NCBI GenBank assembly: GCA_013203315.1
Contig: JABMQJ010000012.1
Location: 10,468 to 74,467, forward strand
Source: Candidatus Omnitrophota bacterium
GTDB taxonomy: Bacteria > Omnitrophota > Gorgyraeia > JABMRN01 > RBG-13-46-9
Direction of reading: 5' to 3'
DNA length: 64,000 bases
Part shown: positions 36,621 to 45,463 of the stretch, one piece after another
How the letters are laid out: the number at the start of each line of letters is the position of its first letter
How positions within the stretch are numbered: the first letter of the stretch is position 1
Made by a program: the position numbers and the translations under genes
The notes under the pieces: model-generated
Databases searched by the model: none
What the model saw: the letters and a program-made list of their open reading frames with translations, nothing else
Told to the model about the DNA's origin: nothing

Positions 36621-37490
36621 GTGGAAAAGAAGAAAATATTAATTATCGAGGATGACGAAGACTTACTAGAAGTTCTGCAAGTGAGGCTCTCCAGCCAGGG
36701 ATACGAAGTTCATACGAATATAGGTAAGAGGGAAGTTCTCCGGGAGATACGAAGCATATGGCCGGATCTTATTCTTCTTGATATAACATTGCCTGAAATA
36801 AGCGGCCTGGAAATAAAAGCGGAATTAAATAAAAATACTCATACCGCCAGCATTCCTGTAATATTTTTAACCGGCAAAGACTCGGTTTCCGATAAGGTGA
36901 AAGGCCTTGGGCTCGGCGCGGACGATTATATAGCGAAGCCATTTGACTCAAAGGAGCTGATGTCTCGGATTGAGGCCGCGCTAAGACGGAGAGGTTTTTA
37001 CGAAGAGATTTCCATGACTGACGGCCTTACGGGGGTGTATAATGTGAAATTTTTTCAAAAACAGATTACATTATTTTTTAATATAGCCAAAAGATATAAA
37101 AAGATATTTGCGCTTATAATCATTGATATCGATAATCTGAAAGACATAAATGATACATACGGGCACCTGGCAGGCGATTTTATTTTGAAAGAATTTTCTT
37201 CATTAACTAAAAAGACATTGAGAAAATCTGATATACTTGCAAGATACGGAGGAGATGAGTTCGCCATTATTATGCCTGAGACTGACGAAGAGCATGCCGC
37301 TTACGCGATTGACAGGTTAAAGCAGAACATAAACGGAAAGCCGTTTGTATTCGGGGATAAAAAACAGGAGTTAAGATTTAACATTAGCGTTGGTATGACG
37401 ACCTACAGGGACACGCTAACAAGCGAGCTCGAAATGTTCGGGGAAGCCGACAAAAAGCTCTATCGGGATAAGCATAAAGCGAGTAAATAA
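36621..37490 (+). CDS. Response regulator diguanylate cyclase (REC-GGDEF)
   Basis: Receiver (LLDITLP, KPF); TDGLTG, INDTYGH, I-site RKSD and intact RYGGDEF. Confidence 0.93.
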   Translation: MEKKKILIIEDDEDLLEVLQVRLSSQGYEVHTNIGKREVLREIRSIWPDLILLDITLPEISGLEIKAELNKNTHTASIPVIFLTGKDSVSDKVKGLGLGADDYIAKPFDSKELMSRIEAALRRRGFYEEISMTDGLTGVYNVKFFQKQITLFFNIAKRYKKIFALIIIDIDNLKDINDTYGHLAGDFILKEFSSLTKKTLRKSDILARYGGDEFAIIMPETDEEHAAYAIDRLKQNINGKPFVFGDKKQELRFNISVGMTTYRDTLTSELEMFGEADKKLYRDKHKASK

Positions 37491-39035
37491 ATGACGAAAC
37501 AAAGGGAAACCTGGAACTCGCACTGGGGCATGATAGCGGCAATGATAGGCACGGCTATCGGGCTCGGAAATATCTGGCGATTTCCGTATCTTTGTGGAAA
37601 ATACGGCGGGGCAACATTCTTAATTCCTTATATTATTTTATTATTCGGCGTTGCGATCTTTGCCATGATGTGCGAATGGGTGCTCGGCCGCCACACAAAA
37701 AGGGAACCGCTCGGCGCGTTTGACAAAATAAAGTTTCCTTTCGGACGTGATATAGGTGCCTGGGGGATCGTAGGACCGTTTTTCCTTTACTCCTATTATA
37801 TAGTTATCACAAGCTGGGTTTTATTTTTTGTCTTTGCCTCGTTTGAAGGGCTATATTTCGGAAAAAATACGGAGACTTTTTTCGCCTCGTTTTTAGGAAG
37901 CAAATGGATATTTCTGGCGCATTTTGCTGCAGTGTGCATTACAAGCGGCATCCTGGCGATGGGCGTACAGAAAGGTATCGAACGAGCCTGCAAGATAATG
38001 ATACCTACATTGTTCGTGCTCCTTATTGTTGTTGTGATTAGATCTGTTACGCTTCCCGGGGCAAATGAAGGCATAGAATTTTACATGCGTCCGCGCTGGG
38101 GAGGCCTATTAAACATAGAGACATGGGTTGCCGCTCTCGGGCAGGTATTTTTTACTTTGAGTCTTGGCATGGGGGCGATGCTTCTTTACGGCTCTTACAT
38201 GAAGGATGAGTGGGGAATACCCATGAACGCGATTAGCGTGACGCTCGGCAATACCTCGGCCAGTATTTTAGCCGGTTTTGCGATTTTTCCTGCTGCCTTT
38301 GCGCTAGGATTTGGTGCAGTAATAGGTGGTGCAAAATCTATCGGCCTTACATTTTTTGTTTTACCAAAGGTTTTTGAAGTCATGCCGGGCGGGCACTTTT
38401 TCGGTGGAATATTTTTTATCCTTCTTGCGTTTGGTGCCATATCGAGTGCGATAAGCATTCAGGAGCCGGCCATTGCATGGCTAAAAGCCGAGGTAGGTTG
38501 GTCGAGAAAAGAAGCGGCTCTCTTTACCGGGATTATACTTTGGATTATGGGGCTACCTTTTCTGCTCAACGGCTTTGTTAAAGGCGGGCTTGGCGCGAAA
38601 CTGGCGCTTCTTTCAAAAATGGACATAATTATTGGGCAGCTCGCAATCCCCATATTCGGGATTTTAGCGATCATTGCCGTCGGATATTTCATGGGGGACC
38701 GCGGTTTCGACGAGATGAACAAAAACGCGCGGGTTAAGCTGAGTCACACGTGGATTAAATTCTGGATAAAGGCAATCGTGCCGATATTTGTGGCCATACT
38801 TTTTATTTTAACACTTTTGAAGATATTACAGGAAAACGGCGTTATCCCTGCAATTATCCTGCCTGCAAAAGAAATAGGGTTTACCCCTATCGGCATAACG
38901 CCGATGACCGTATTCATGATAATATTCGTATGCGTTGTTTTCTGGGGAGGATTTATTTATACTACAGCGAAGGTATTGACGATAGAAAAAGATAAAAAAG
39001 CGAGGGTGAAACGTGGACTTGCGCATTCTCGCTAG
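37491..39035 (+). CDS. Sodium-dependent transporter, NSS/SNF family, with a MetS-like C-terminal TM tail
   Basis: AIGLGNIWRFPY, GIERACKIMIP, QVFFTLSLG, YGSY; tail MTVFMIIFVCVVFWGGF. Confidence 0.92.
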   Translation: MTKQRETWNSHWGMIAAMIGTAIGLGNIWRFPYLCGKYGGATFLIPYIILLFGVAIFAMMCEWVLGRHTKREPLGAFDKIKFPFGRDIGAWGIVGPFFLYSYYIVITSWVLFFVFASFEGLYFGKNTETFFASFLGSKWIFLAHFAAVCITSGILAMGVQKGIERACKIMIPTLFVLLIVVVIRSVTLPGANEGIEFYMRPRWGGLLNIETWVAALGQVFFTLSLGMGAMLLYGSYMKDEWGIPMNAISVTLGNTSASILAGFAIFPAAFALGFGAVIGGAKSIGLTFFVLPKVFEVMPGGHFFGGIFFILLAFGAISSAISIQEPAIAWLKAEVGWSRKEAALFTGIILWIMGLPFLLNGFVKGGLGAKLALLSKMDIIIGQLAIPIFGILAIIAVGYFMGDRGFDEMNKNARVKLSHTWIKFWIKAIVPIFVAILFILTLLKILQENGVIPAIILPAKEIGFTPIGITPMTVFMIIFVCVVFWGGFIYTTAKVLTIEKDKKARVKRGLAHSR

Positions 39036-39138
39036 TGCTAAGTTTGGCTGGATTTTTGTTATAACCGAAATTGTGCTTCTTTATTTATTATTTCTGTATA
39101 TACACCGGGTAGTAGAGAAGAAGCTCGGCAAGAAATAA
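39013..39138 (+). CDS. Unannotated 41-aa single-TM membrane protein
   Basis: GAGGGTG RBS, GTG start, MDLRILASAKFGWIFVITEIVLLYLLFLYIHRVVEKKLGKK; lies between the transporter and its terminator. Confidence 0.6.
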   Translation: MDLRILASAKFGWIFVITEIVLLYLLFLYIHRVVEKKLGKK

Positions 39139-39153
39139 GCCCGAAACTGTTGG

Positions 39154-39198
39154 ACCGTTTCCATATCGCAATGTCTATATGGAAACGGTATATTTTTG
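39154..39198 (+). terminator. Intrinsic terminator
   Basis: 13-bp perfect stem ACCGTTTCCATAT/ATATGGAAACGGT followed by ATATTTTT. Confidence 0.7.
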
Positions 39199-39211
39199 TC
39201 CATTTTTTCCC

Positions 39212-39240
39212 TTGACAACACGACGGCAATATGGTATATT
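39212..39240 (+). promoter_or_regulatory. Promoter of rplM-rpsI
   Basis: TTGACA-N17-TATATT with TGn extension. Confidence 0.8.
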
Positions 39241-39261
39241 CTCGCTTCTATTGAGGTTAGC

Positions 39262-39690
39262 ATGAAAACTACATGTATAAGAAAAGAAGACGTAAAAAGG
39301 ACATGGTTCATTGTCGATGCCAAGGATAAGGTTTTGGGCAGGCTTTCGACAAAAATCGCGTCCCTTTTAAAGGGAAAACACAAGGTTACCTATTCACCCC
39401 ACGTAGACATGGGGGACGGGGTAGTTGTCATAAATTCTGAAAAGATAAAGATTACCGGCAAAAAGCCGCAGGAAAAACTCTACAAAAATTTTTCAGGATA
39501 CCCGGGCGGTTTGAGGCTTGAGAAGCTTGAAAGCCTTATCAAGAGAAGGCCGCATGAGGTATTGAGGCACGCGGTAAACGGTATGTTGCCGAAGAATAAA
39601 ATCGGCAAAAAAATGATAAAAAGATTAAAGGTGTGCGTAGGCGATAAGCACCCGCACATGGCGCAGAAACCGAAGGAAATCGAGTTATAA
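39262..39690 (+). CDS. rplM: 50S ribosomal protein L13
   Basis: [37 protein letters not shown] 39262 follows GAGG. Confidence 0.97.
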   Translation: MKTTCIRKEDVKRTWFIVDAKDKVLGRLSTKIASLLKGKHKVTYSPHVDMGDGVVVINSEKIKITGKKPQEKLYKNFSGYPGGLRLEKLESLIKRRPHEVLRHAVNGMLPKNKIGKKMIKRLKVCVGDKHPHMAQKPKEIEL

Positions 39691-39691
39691 A

Positions 39692-40117
39692 ATGGTAAAG
39701 CAAAAAGAAAAAGAAGTTAAAGAGACGAAGCCGAAGTATATAATGACGATCGGTCGGCGGAAAGAATCCACGGCGCGCATTTATTTACGCGAGGGTCAAG
39801 GTAAGATCAAGGTAAATAAACGCACGTTCGAAGATTATTTTCCACGGGAATCACACAGGCTAATCATTAATCAGCCGATTAAGATCGGAGACCTTGAAAA
39901 TAAGCTGGATATTATTGCGACGGTACGGGGCGGCGGCGTAAGCGGCCAAGCCGGAGCCGTTAGACACGGAATCGCAAGGGCTATCGTAAAGCTCGACGAG
40001 ACAAAGAAGTCCGTAGTAAAAAAAGCAGGCTTTTTAACAAGGGATCCGAGAGCAAAAGAAAGAAAAAAATACGGAAGAAAACGCGCAAGAAAGAGATTCC
40101 AGTACTCGAAGCGCTAA
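39692..40117 (+). CDS. rpsI: 30S ribosomal protein S9
   Basis: [29 protein letters not shown]-terminal QYSKR. Confidence 0.98.
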   Translation: MVKQKEKEVKETKPKYIMTIGRRKESTARIYLREGQGKIKVNKRTFEDYFPRESHRLIINQPIKIGDLENKLDIIATVRGGGVSGQAGAVRHGIARAIVKLDETKKSVVKKAGFLTRDPRAKERKKYGRKRARKRFQYSKR

Positions 40118-40135
40118 TTTTATACGAAGCTGTAT

Positions 40136-40190
40136 AAAACCTATCCTGTCAGATTCTCGACGAGAAAAATGTTGACAGGGTAGGTTTTTT
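40136..40190 (+). terminator. Long hairpin terminator after rpsI
   Basis: AAAACCTATCCTGTCA / TGACAGGGTAGGTTTT (one G-U), inner TTCTCG/CGAGAA, T-tract. Confidence 0.7.
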
Positions 40191-40200
40191 GTTTTATACT
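40172..40200 (+). promoter_or_regulatory. Promoter of the arg-dap run, embedded in the terminator arm
   Basis: TTGACA-N17-TATACT. Confidence 0.75.
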
Positions 40201-40262
40201 GACGAGATATGTAGTATTATGATTATATGATATGTACTGTGGAATAGTTGAAAGGGTCCAAA

Positions 40263-41282
40263 ATGCTAAAAGTAGGTGTAATAGGGGCAACAGGATATAC
40301 GGGCGAAGAGGTTGTAAGGATTCTCGCAGGGCACAAGGATGTCAGGATAACCGTCTTGCAGGCCGTTATTGAAAAAGAAGAGCCGATATCTTCAATATTT
40401 CCTTCGCTAAAGGGAAAAGTTGACCTTGTGTGCGAGAAACCTAACACCGAAATTGCAATAAAAGAAGCGGACTTGATATTCTTGGCGCTTCCGCACACTG
40501 TTTCCATGAAACTGGCACCGAAATTTCTCAATGCAGGAAAAAGAGTTATAGATTTAAGCGCTGATTATAGACTGGATGTAAAAGAGTACGAAAAGTGGTA
40601 CGGCACTAAGCACACAGACCCGGCGAATATCGAAAAAGCTGTATACGGCATGCCGGAGCTTTTTAGAGACAAGGTAAAAAAAGCAAATTTCATAGCAAAT
40701 CCCGGCTGTTATCCGACATCTGTGATATTAAGCGTTGCGCCGCTTCTGGAAAAAGGCTTAATTCATTCGGATCATATAATATGCGATTCAAAAAGCGGAA
40801 TTACAGGTGCTGGGAGGTCGCCCGGATGGAATTTGGAGAATCCAAACATAAAGGGTAATTTTAAGGCTTATAAGGCGCTCAAACACCAGCATTCGCCGGA
40901 GATGGAACATATACTTAGCAAGGTTTCCAAAAAGAAAGTAGGGGTTGCATTTGTTCCGCATCTATTGCCTCTGGAAAGAGGCATTCTTTCAACGATATAT
41001 ATGAAAACCAGAGAAAAATTAACATATGAAAAGATTGCGAAGGTTTACGAAGAGAAATATAAGGATTGCCCTTTTGTAAGAATAAAGGAAAAAGGAGAAT
41101 TTCCCCAGTTAAAAGAAGTAGCCTTCACTAACTTCTTTGATGTGGGATTCGCCGTAGATACTGCCGGAAAACTGATAGTGGCAGTCGCCGCTATCGATAA
41201 CCTCCTTAAGGGGGCTGCCGGCCAGGCCGTGCAGAACATGAACGTGATGTACGGTTTTGACGAAGGAGAAGGGCTATTGTGA
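40263..41282 (+). CDS. argC: N-acetyl-gamma-glutamyl-phosphate reductase
   Basis: GATGYTG, LALPH, DLSADYRL, ANPGCYPT, DNLLKGAAGQAVQNMN. Confidence 0.97.
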   Translation: MLKVGVIGATGYTGEEVVRILAGHKDVRITVLQAVIEKEEPISSIFPSLKGKVDLVCEKPNTEIAIKEADLIFLALPHTVSMKLAPKFLNAGKRVIDLSADYRLDVKEYEKWYGTKHTDPANIEKAVYGMPELFRDKVKKANFIANPGCYPTSVILSVAPLLEKGLIHSDHIICDSKSGITGAGRSPGWNLENPNIKGNFKAYKALKHQHSPEMEHILSKVSKKKVGVAFVPHLLPLERGILSTIYMKTREKLTYEKIAKVYEEKYKDCPFVRIKEKGEFPQLKEVAFTNFFDVGFAVDTAGKLIVAVAAIDNLLKGAAGQAVQNMNVMYGFDEGEGLL

Positions 41283-42469
41283 AGTATATATTGCCAAAAG
41301 GGTTTCAGGCAAGCGGGACGCATTGCGGCATAAAAAGGTTTAAAAAAGACCTTGCCCTAATATATTCAAAGACAGGATGCAAGGCGGTGGGTGTTTTTAC
41401 GAAAAATAAGGTTAAGGCAGCCCCGCTTGTTGTTTCAAAGTCTATTCTTAAAAGGGGCGCTCCGATCAGGGCTATCGTTATAAATAGCGGAAATGCCAAT
41501 TGTTGCACGGGTTGGTATGGCACAAGGGATGCAAATAGGATGATCGGCGCTGTATGCAAAAATATGCAATTAAAGTTTAATAACGTGCTTGTGTCTTCTA
41601 CGGGAATTATAGGAAAGAGGCTGCCGATAGATTTGATAGAGGCAAGTACTCCGAAGCTCGTAAAACTTCTTTCGGAAAAAGGCCTCTTGGGCGTTGCCAA
41701 GGCCATATTGACCACGGATAAGAAGACAAAAATCAGCGTTGAAAAGTTTAATGTCGGAAAGAAAGAAGTGATCGTAACCGGCATAGCAAAGGGCGCCGGC
41801 ATGATAGAGCCAAACATGGGGACCATGCTTTCGTTTATAATGACCGACGCCAAGATAGATAAGGATGCCCTGAAGTTCGCCTTAAGGGAGGCGTGCGACA
41901 AATCCTTCAACTCGATAACGATTGACGGAGATATGAGCACAAATGATACAGTGCTTCTTCTGGCTAATGGTTTGGCGAACAATAAAACAATCAAAAGAGG
42001 CACTAAAGAATACAAAGCGTTTCTTAAAGTCTTGAAAAATGTGGCATTCAAATTAGCCAAGAATATTATTGAAGACGGTGAAGGCGCTACAAAATTTGTA
42101 ACAGTTTATGTTGAAAATGCCAGAACCACAACCGATGCCTACAAGGTCGCAAAGGCCATAGCGAATTCGTGCCTTGTAAAAACAAGCATTCATGGCGAAA
42201 ACCCGAACTGGGGGAGGGTCGCCTCCAGCGTGGGCGCAAGCGGTGTCGGCGGAATAAAACCGAATAGATTCGAAATCTACTTAGATGGTGTTCTTGTTTT
42301 TAAAGGCGGCAAGTTTACGATGCCGTCTAGTAAGAGATTCTATAAGATTTACAAGAGAAAAAACGTAGAAATAACGGTAAATCTTAATCTTGGTAAAAAA
42401 GATGCCGTGATGTGGACCTGCGATTTGTCGAAACGTTATGTGGAGATAAACTCGCATTACATGACTTAG
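41279..42469 (+). CDS. argJ: Ornithine acetyltransferase / N-acetylglutamate synthase
   Basis: NSGNAN, STGIIG, AKGAGMIEPNMGTML, DGDMSTND, DGEGATK, NWGR. Confidence 0.96.
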   Translation: MKYILPKGFQASGTHCGIKRFKKDLALIYSKTGCKAVGVFTKNKVKAAPLVVSKSILKRGAPIRAIVINSGNANCCTGWYGTRDANRMIGAVCKNMQLKFNNVLVSSTGIIGKRLPIDLIEASTPKLVKLLSEKGLLGVAKAILTTDKKTKISVEKFNVGKKEVIVTGIAKGAGMIEPNMGTMLSFIMTDAKIDKDALKFALREACDKSFNSITIDGDMSTNDTVLLLANGLANNKTIKRGTKEYKAFLKVLKNVAFKLAKNIIEDGEGATKFVTVYVENARTTTDAYKVAKAIANSCLVKTSIHGENPNWGRVASSVGASGVGGIKPNRFEIYLDGVLVFKGGKFTMPSSKRFYKIYKRKNVEITVNLNLGKKDAVMWTCDLSKRYVEINSHYMT

Positions 42470-42476
42470 GAGAAAA

Positions 42477-43364
42477 ATGGAAGAAGCGATAAAAAAGAGT
42501 GAAGTCCTGATAGAGGCATTGCCTTACATCAAGAAGTTTTTTCATAAAATTTTTGTCATAAAATTCGGCGGTTCAGCACTCTCGGACGCTGCCCTGCGAA
42601 AAAGCGTCCTCGAGGACATAGTGTTCATGCATTACGCCGGAATGAGGCCGGTTCTCGTTCACGGTGGCGGGCCGCACATAAGCGAGAAGATGAGAGAGGC
42701 CAAAAAAAGACCAAAATTCGTTGACGGATTCAGGGTTACAGATAAAAAGACAATGGAGATCGTCGATGATGCCCTTAACGACCTTAACGCCATGCTCGTA
42801 GAGGAGATCAAAAAAATGGGTGCCGAGGCGTTTGGTTTGAGCGGCAAGGAAAATAAGCTTATTCAGGCAAAAAAGATGGAGCACAAGGAAGACATTGGTT
42901 TCGCCGGGGCGGTAGAATCCGTTGATACAACTGTTCTTGAAAAACTGATGGAGGCTAATATTATCCCGGTTATTTCCCCTGTTGGTATTGGCCGAGATAC
43001 TGAGCTTTATAACGTCAATGCGGATGAAGTCGCAAGTAACATAGCCATGGCCTTCAAGGCGGAAAAACTTTTTATCCTTACAAACGTAAGGGGAATCATG
43101 AGGGAAATAGGGAACCCCGACACTCTCTATAGGTCGTTATCGCTGGCGGACGTGGACATTCTGGGTGAGAAAAAAATTATTTCCCAGGGTATGATCCCGA
43201 AGACAAGGGCCTGTACGAAGGCCTTGGAGGGCAAGGTAAAGAAGGCGCACATAATTGACAGTAACATACCACACGCATTACTTTTGGAAATTTTTACAGA
43301 TAAAGGAATCGGAACGGAAATTATAAAATTAGGCAGAAGAACGAAAGCGACTGAGGGGATATGA
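42477..43364 (+). CDS. argB: Acetylglutamate kinase
   Basis: LIEALPYI, KFGG, VHGGGP, NVNAD, GMIPK, LLEIFT. Confidence 0.96.
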   Translation: MEEAIKKSEVLIEALPYIKKFFHKIFVIKFGGSALSDAALRKSVLEDIVFMHYAGMRPVLVHGGGPHISEKMREAKKRPKFVDGFRVTDKKTMEIVDDALNDLNAMLVEEIKKMGAEAFGLSGKENKLIQAKKMEHKEDIGFAGAVESVDTTVLEKLMEANIIPVISPVGIGRDTELYNVNADEVASNIAMAFKAEKLFILTNVRGIMREIGNPDTLYRSLSLADVDILGEKKIISQGMIPKTRACTKALEGKVKKAHIIDSNIPHALLLEIFTDKGIGTEIIKLGRRTKATEGI

Positions 43365-44539
43365 ACACGCAAGGCGTAGAAAATTTATACGATAAATACG
43401 TGATGAAGACCTACACGAGGGTGCCGCTTGTTTTCGCGAAAGCAAAGGGCGCGCTTGTGGAGGACATAGAAGGGAAGAAATACCTCGACTTTTTCCCGGG
43501 TTGGGCAGTAAGCGGGATAGGTCATTGTCACCCGAGAGTTGCAAGCGCGGTCGCCAAGCAGGTAAAAAAACTCGTGCACGTTTCGAACAATTATTATAGC
43601 GAGCTCCAGGGCAGGCTTGCGAAAAAAATTATCGAACATTCTTTCCCGGGAAAAGTGTTTTTTGGTAACTCCGGGGCCGAGGCGAACGAAGGCGCAGTTA
43701 AGCTCGCCAGAAAATACGGCCATGAAAAGGGGAGATTTGAAGTCATAACCATGAATAAGTCGTTTCACGGAAGAACCCTCGCCATGATAGCGGCAACGGG
43801 CCAGGATAAGGTGAAGCACGGCTTTGAACCCATGCCTCAAGGGTTTGTTCACGTTCCATTCGGTGACATAGAGGCTTTGGAAAAGGCCATAAATGAGAAA
43901 ACAGCCGCGGTAATGCTTGAGTTAATTCAATGCGAAGGCGGTATCAATGTCGCAAGAAAAGAGTATGTAGAAAAAATAAGAGAAATTTGCGACAAAAATG
44001 ACATAGTTCTTATTGTTGACGAAGTGCAGACAGGCATGGGTAGAACCGGAAAGATGTTTTGCTACCAGAACTATGGTATTGAGCCTGACGTCATGACGCT
44101 GGCCAAGGCGCTCGGCGGCGGCCTTCCGATAGGCGTCATAGTAGCCAATGCCAAGTTTAAGGACGTTTTGTTGCCCGGCAATCACGCCTCGACTTTCGGC
44201 GGGAGCCCGATTGTGTGCGCGGCAGCTTTAGGAGTTTTTGAAGCCATAGAAAAGGATAGATTACTGCAGAATGCCGTGAAGCAGGGAAAGTATTTAGCCA
44301 AAAAGCTTGAGCTTCTCAAAAAGAAAAACAAGCTCATCAAAGAAATAAAAGGCATGGCCCTTACAATCGGCGTTGTGTTGGGCGTGGACGGCGAAGGGGT
44401 ATATAGGAAAGCCTTGGAAAACGGCTTACTGATAAACTGCACGCAAAAAAATATTTTAAGAATCATGCCGCCGCTTACGGTTACGAAAGCGCAGATTGAC
44501 AAAGCAGTAGGCATATTGGAAAAGATTCTGGAAGGATAA
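43361..44539 (+). CDS. argD: Acetylornithine aminotransferase
   Basis: NSGAEANE, SFHGRT, DEVQTGMGRTG, LAKALGGG, HASTFGG. Confidence 0.94.
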   Translation: MNTQGVENLYDKYVMKTYTRVPLVFAKAKGALVEDIEGKKYLDFFPGWAVSGIGHCHPRVASAVAKQVKKLVHVSNNYYSELQGRLAKKIIEHSFPGKVFFGNSGAEANEGAVKLARKYGHEKGRFEVITMNKSFHGRTLAMIAATGQDKVKHGFEPMPQGFVHVPFGDIEALEKAINEKTAAVMLELIQCEGGINVARKEYVEKIREICDKNDIVLIVDEVQTGMGRTGKMFCYQNYGIEPDVMTLAKALGGGLPIGVIVANAKFKDVLLPGNHASTFGGSPIVCAAALGVFEAIEKDRLLQNAVKQGKYLAKKLELLKKKNKLIKEIKGMALTIGVVLGVDGEGVYRKALENGLLINCTQKNILRIMPPLTVTKAQIDKAVGILEKILEG

Positions 44540-44543
44540 GAAA

Positions 44544-45461
44544 ATGGCTAAAAGAGATTTTATATCAATAACAGATTTAAGAAAACCCGAGATCCTTGGA
44601 ATTTTTAAACAGGCAAAAGTCTTTAAAAAGAAACCTTTTTCAAAAAGGGATGCTTTGGCGTCCAAGTCGATAGCGCTTGTTTTTCAAAAGCCGTCGAACA
44701 GAACCAGGGTTTCTTTCGAAGTGGGAATTTTTGACCTCGGGGGGCATGCCACTTATCTGGGCCCGGAAGAACTAAAATTAGGCGTTAGAGAATCGGTAAA
44801 GGATGCTGCCAAGGTCCTGTCAAGGTACCTGGACGGTATAGTGGCGAGAACTTTCAGCCATGAAGATATGCTTCTCATGGCGAAGTTTTCGACAATCCCC
44901 ATTATAAACGGCTTAAGTGACTTGCTTCACCCGTGCCAGGGTTTGAGCGACCTTTTCACGATTGATGAAAAATTTGGCAAAAGTGATATCAAGATATCAT
45001 TTGTAGGCGACGGAAACAATGTTCTGCATTCCCTTCTATTGGGTTGTAGCGTGCTAGGAAGGGACATACATGTAGCAACCCCGGCAGGACAGGGACCCAA
45101 CGCCGAAGTTTTAGAGAAAGCAAAAAGCGAAGCAGCTAAAAGCGGATCAAAAATAGAATTAACTAACGACCCCGTAGAATGCGTTAAGGGTGCGGACGTG
45201 GTTTATACCGATGTATGGGTTAGTATGGGGCAGGAAAGAGAGAAGCAAAAAAGGTTAAGCGCATTTAGCGGCTTTCAGGTAAATAAGGAACTTCTCTCGC
45301 ACGCGAAAAAAAACGTGCTTGTTATGCATTGTCTCCCTGCTCATAGAGGCGAGGAGATAACGGATGCTGTTTTGGACGGGAAAAATTCCATTGTCTATGA
45401 TCAGGCGGAAAATAGATTACACGTACAGAAGGCGATTTTACTTAAGCTTTTGGGAGGATAG
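44544..45461 (+). CDS. argF: Ornithine carbamoyltransferase
   Basis: SNRTRVSFE, HPCQ, GDGNNV, DVWVSMG, HCLPAHRG. Confidence 0.96.
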   Translation: MAKRDFISITDLRKPEILGIFKQAKVFKKKPFSKRDALASKSIALVFQKPSNRTRVSFEVGIFDLGGHATYLGPEELKLGVRESVKDAAKVLSRYLDGIVARTFSHEDMLLMAKFSTIPIINGLSDLLHPCQGLSDLFTIDEKFGKSDIKISFVGDGNNVLHSLLLGCSVLGRDIHVATPAGQGPNAEVLEKAKSEAAKSGSKIELTNDPVECVKGADVVYTDVWVSMGQEREKQKRLSAFSGFQVNKELLSHAKKNVLVMHCLPAHRGEEITDAVLDGKNSIVYDQAENRLHVQKAILLKLLGG

Positions 45462-45463
45462 AA

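Noticed and set aside
39196-39261. N-terminal extension of L13
   Set aside because: It spans the promoter; the RBS-led ATG is at 39262.
40201-40260. AT-rich stretch before argC as a possible ARG box
   Set aside because: No convincing TGAAT/TGCAT-N4-ATKCA dyad, and no argR in the window.
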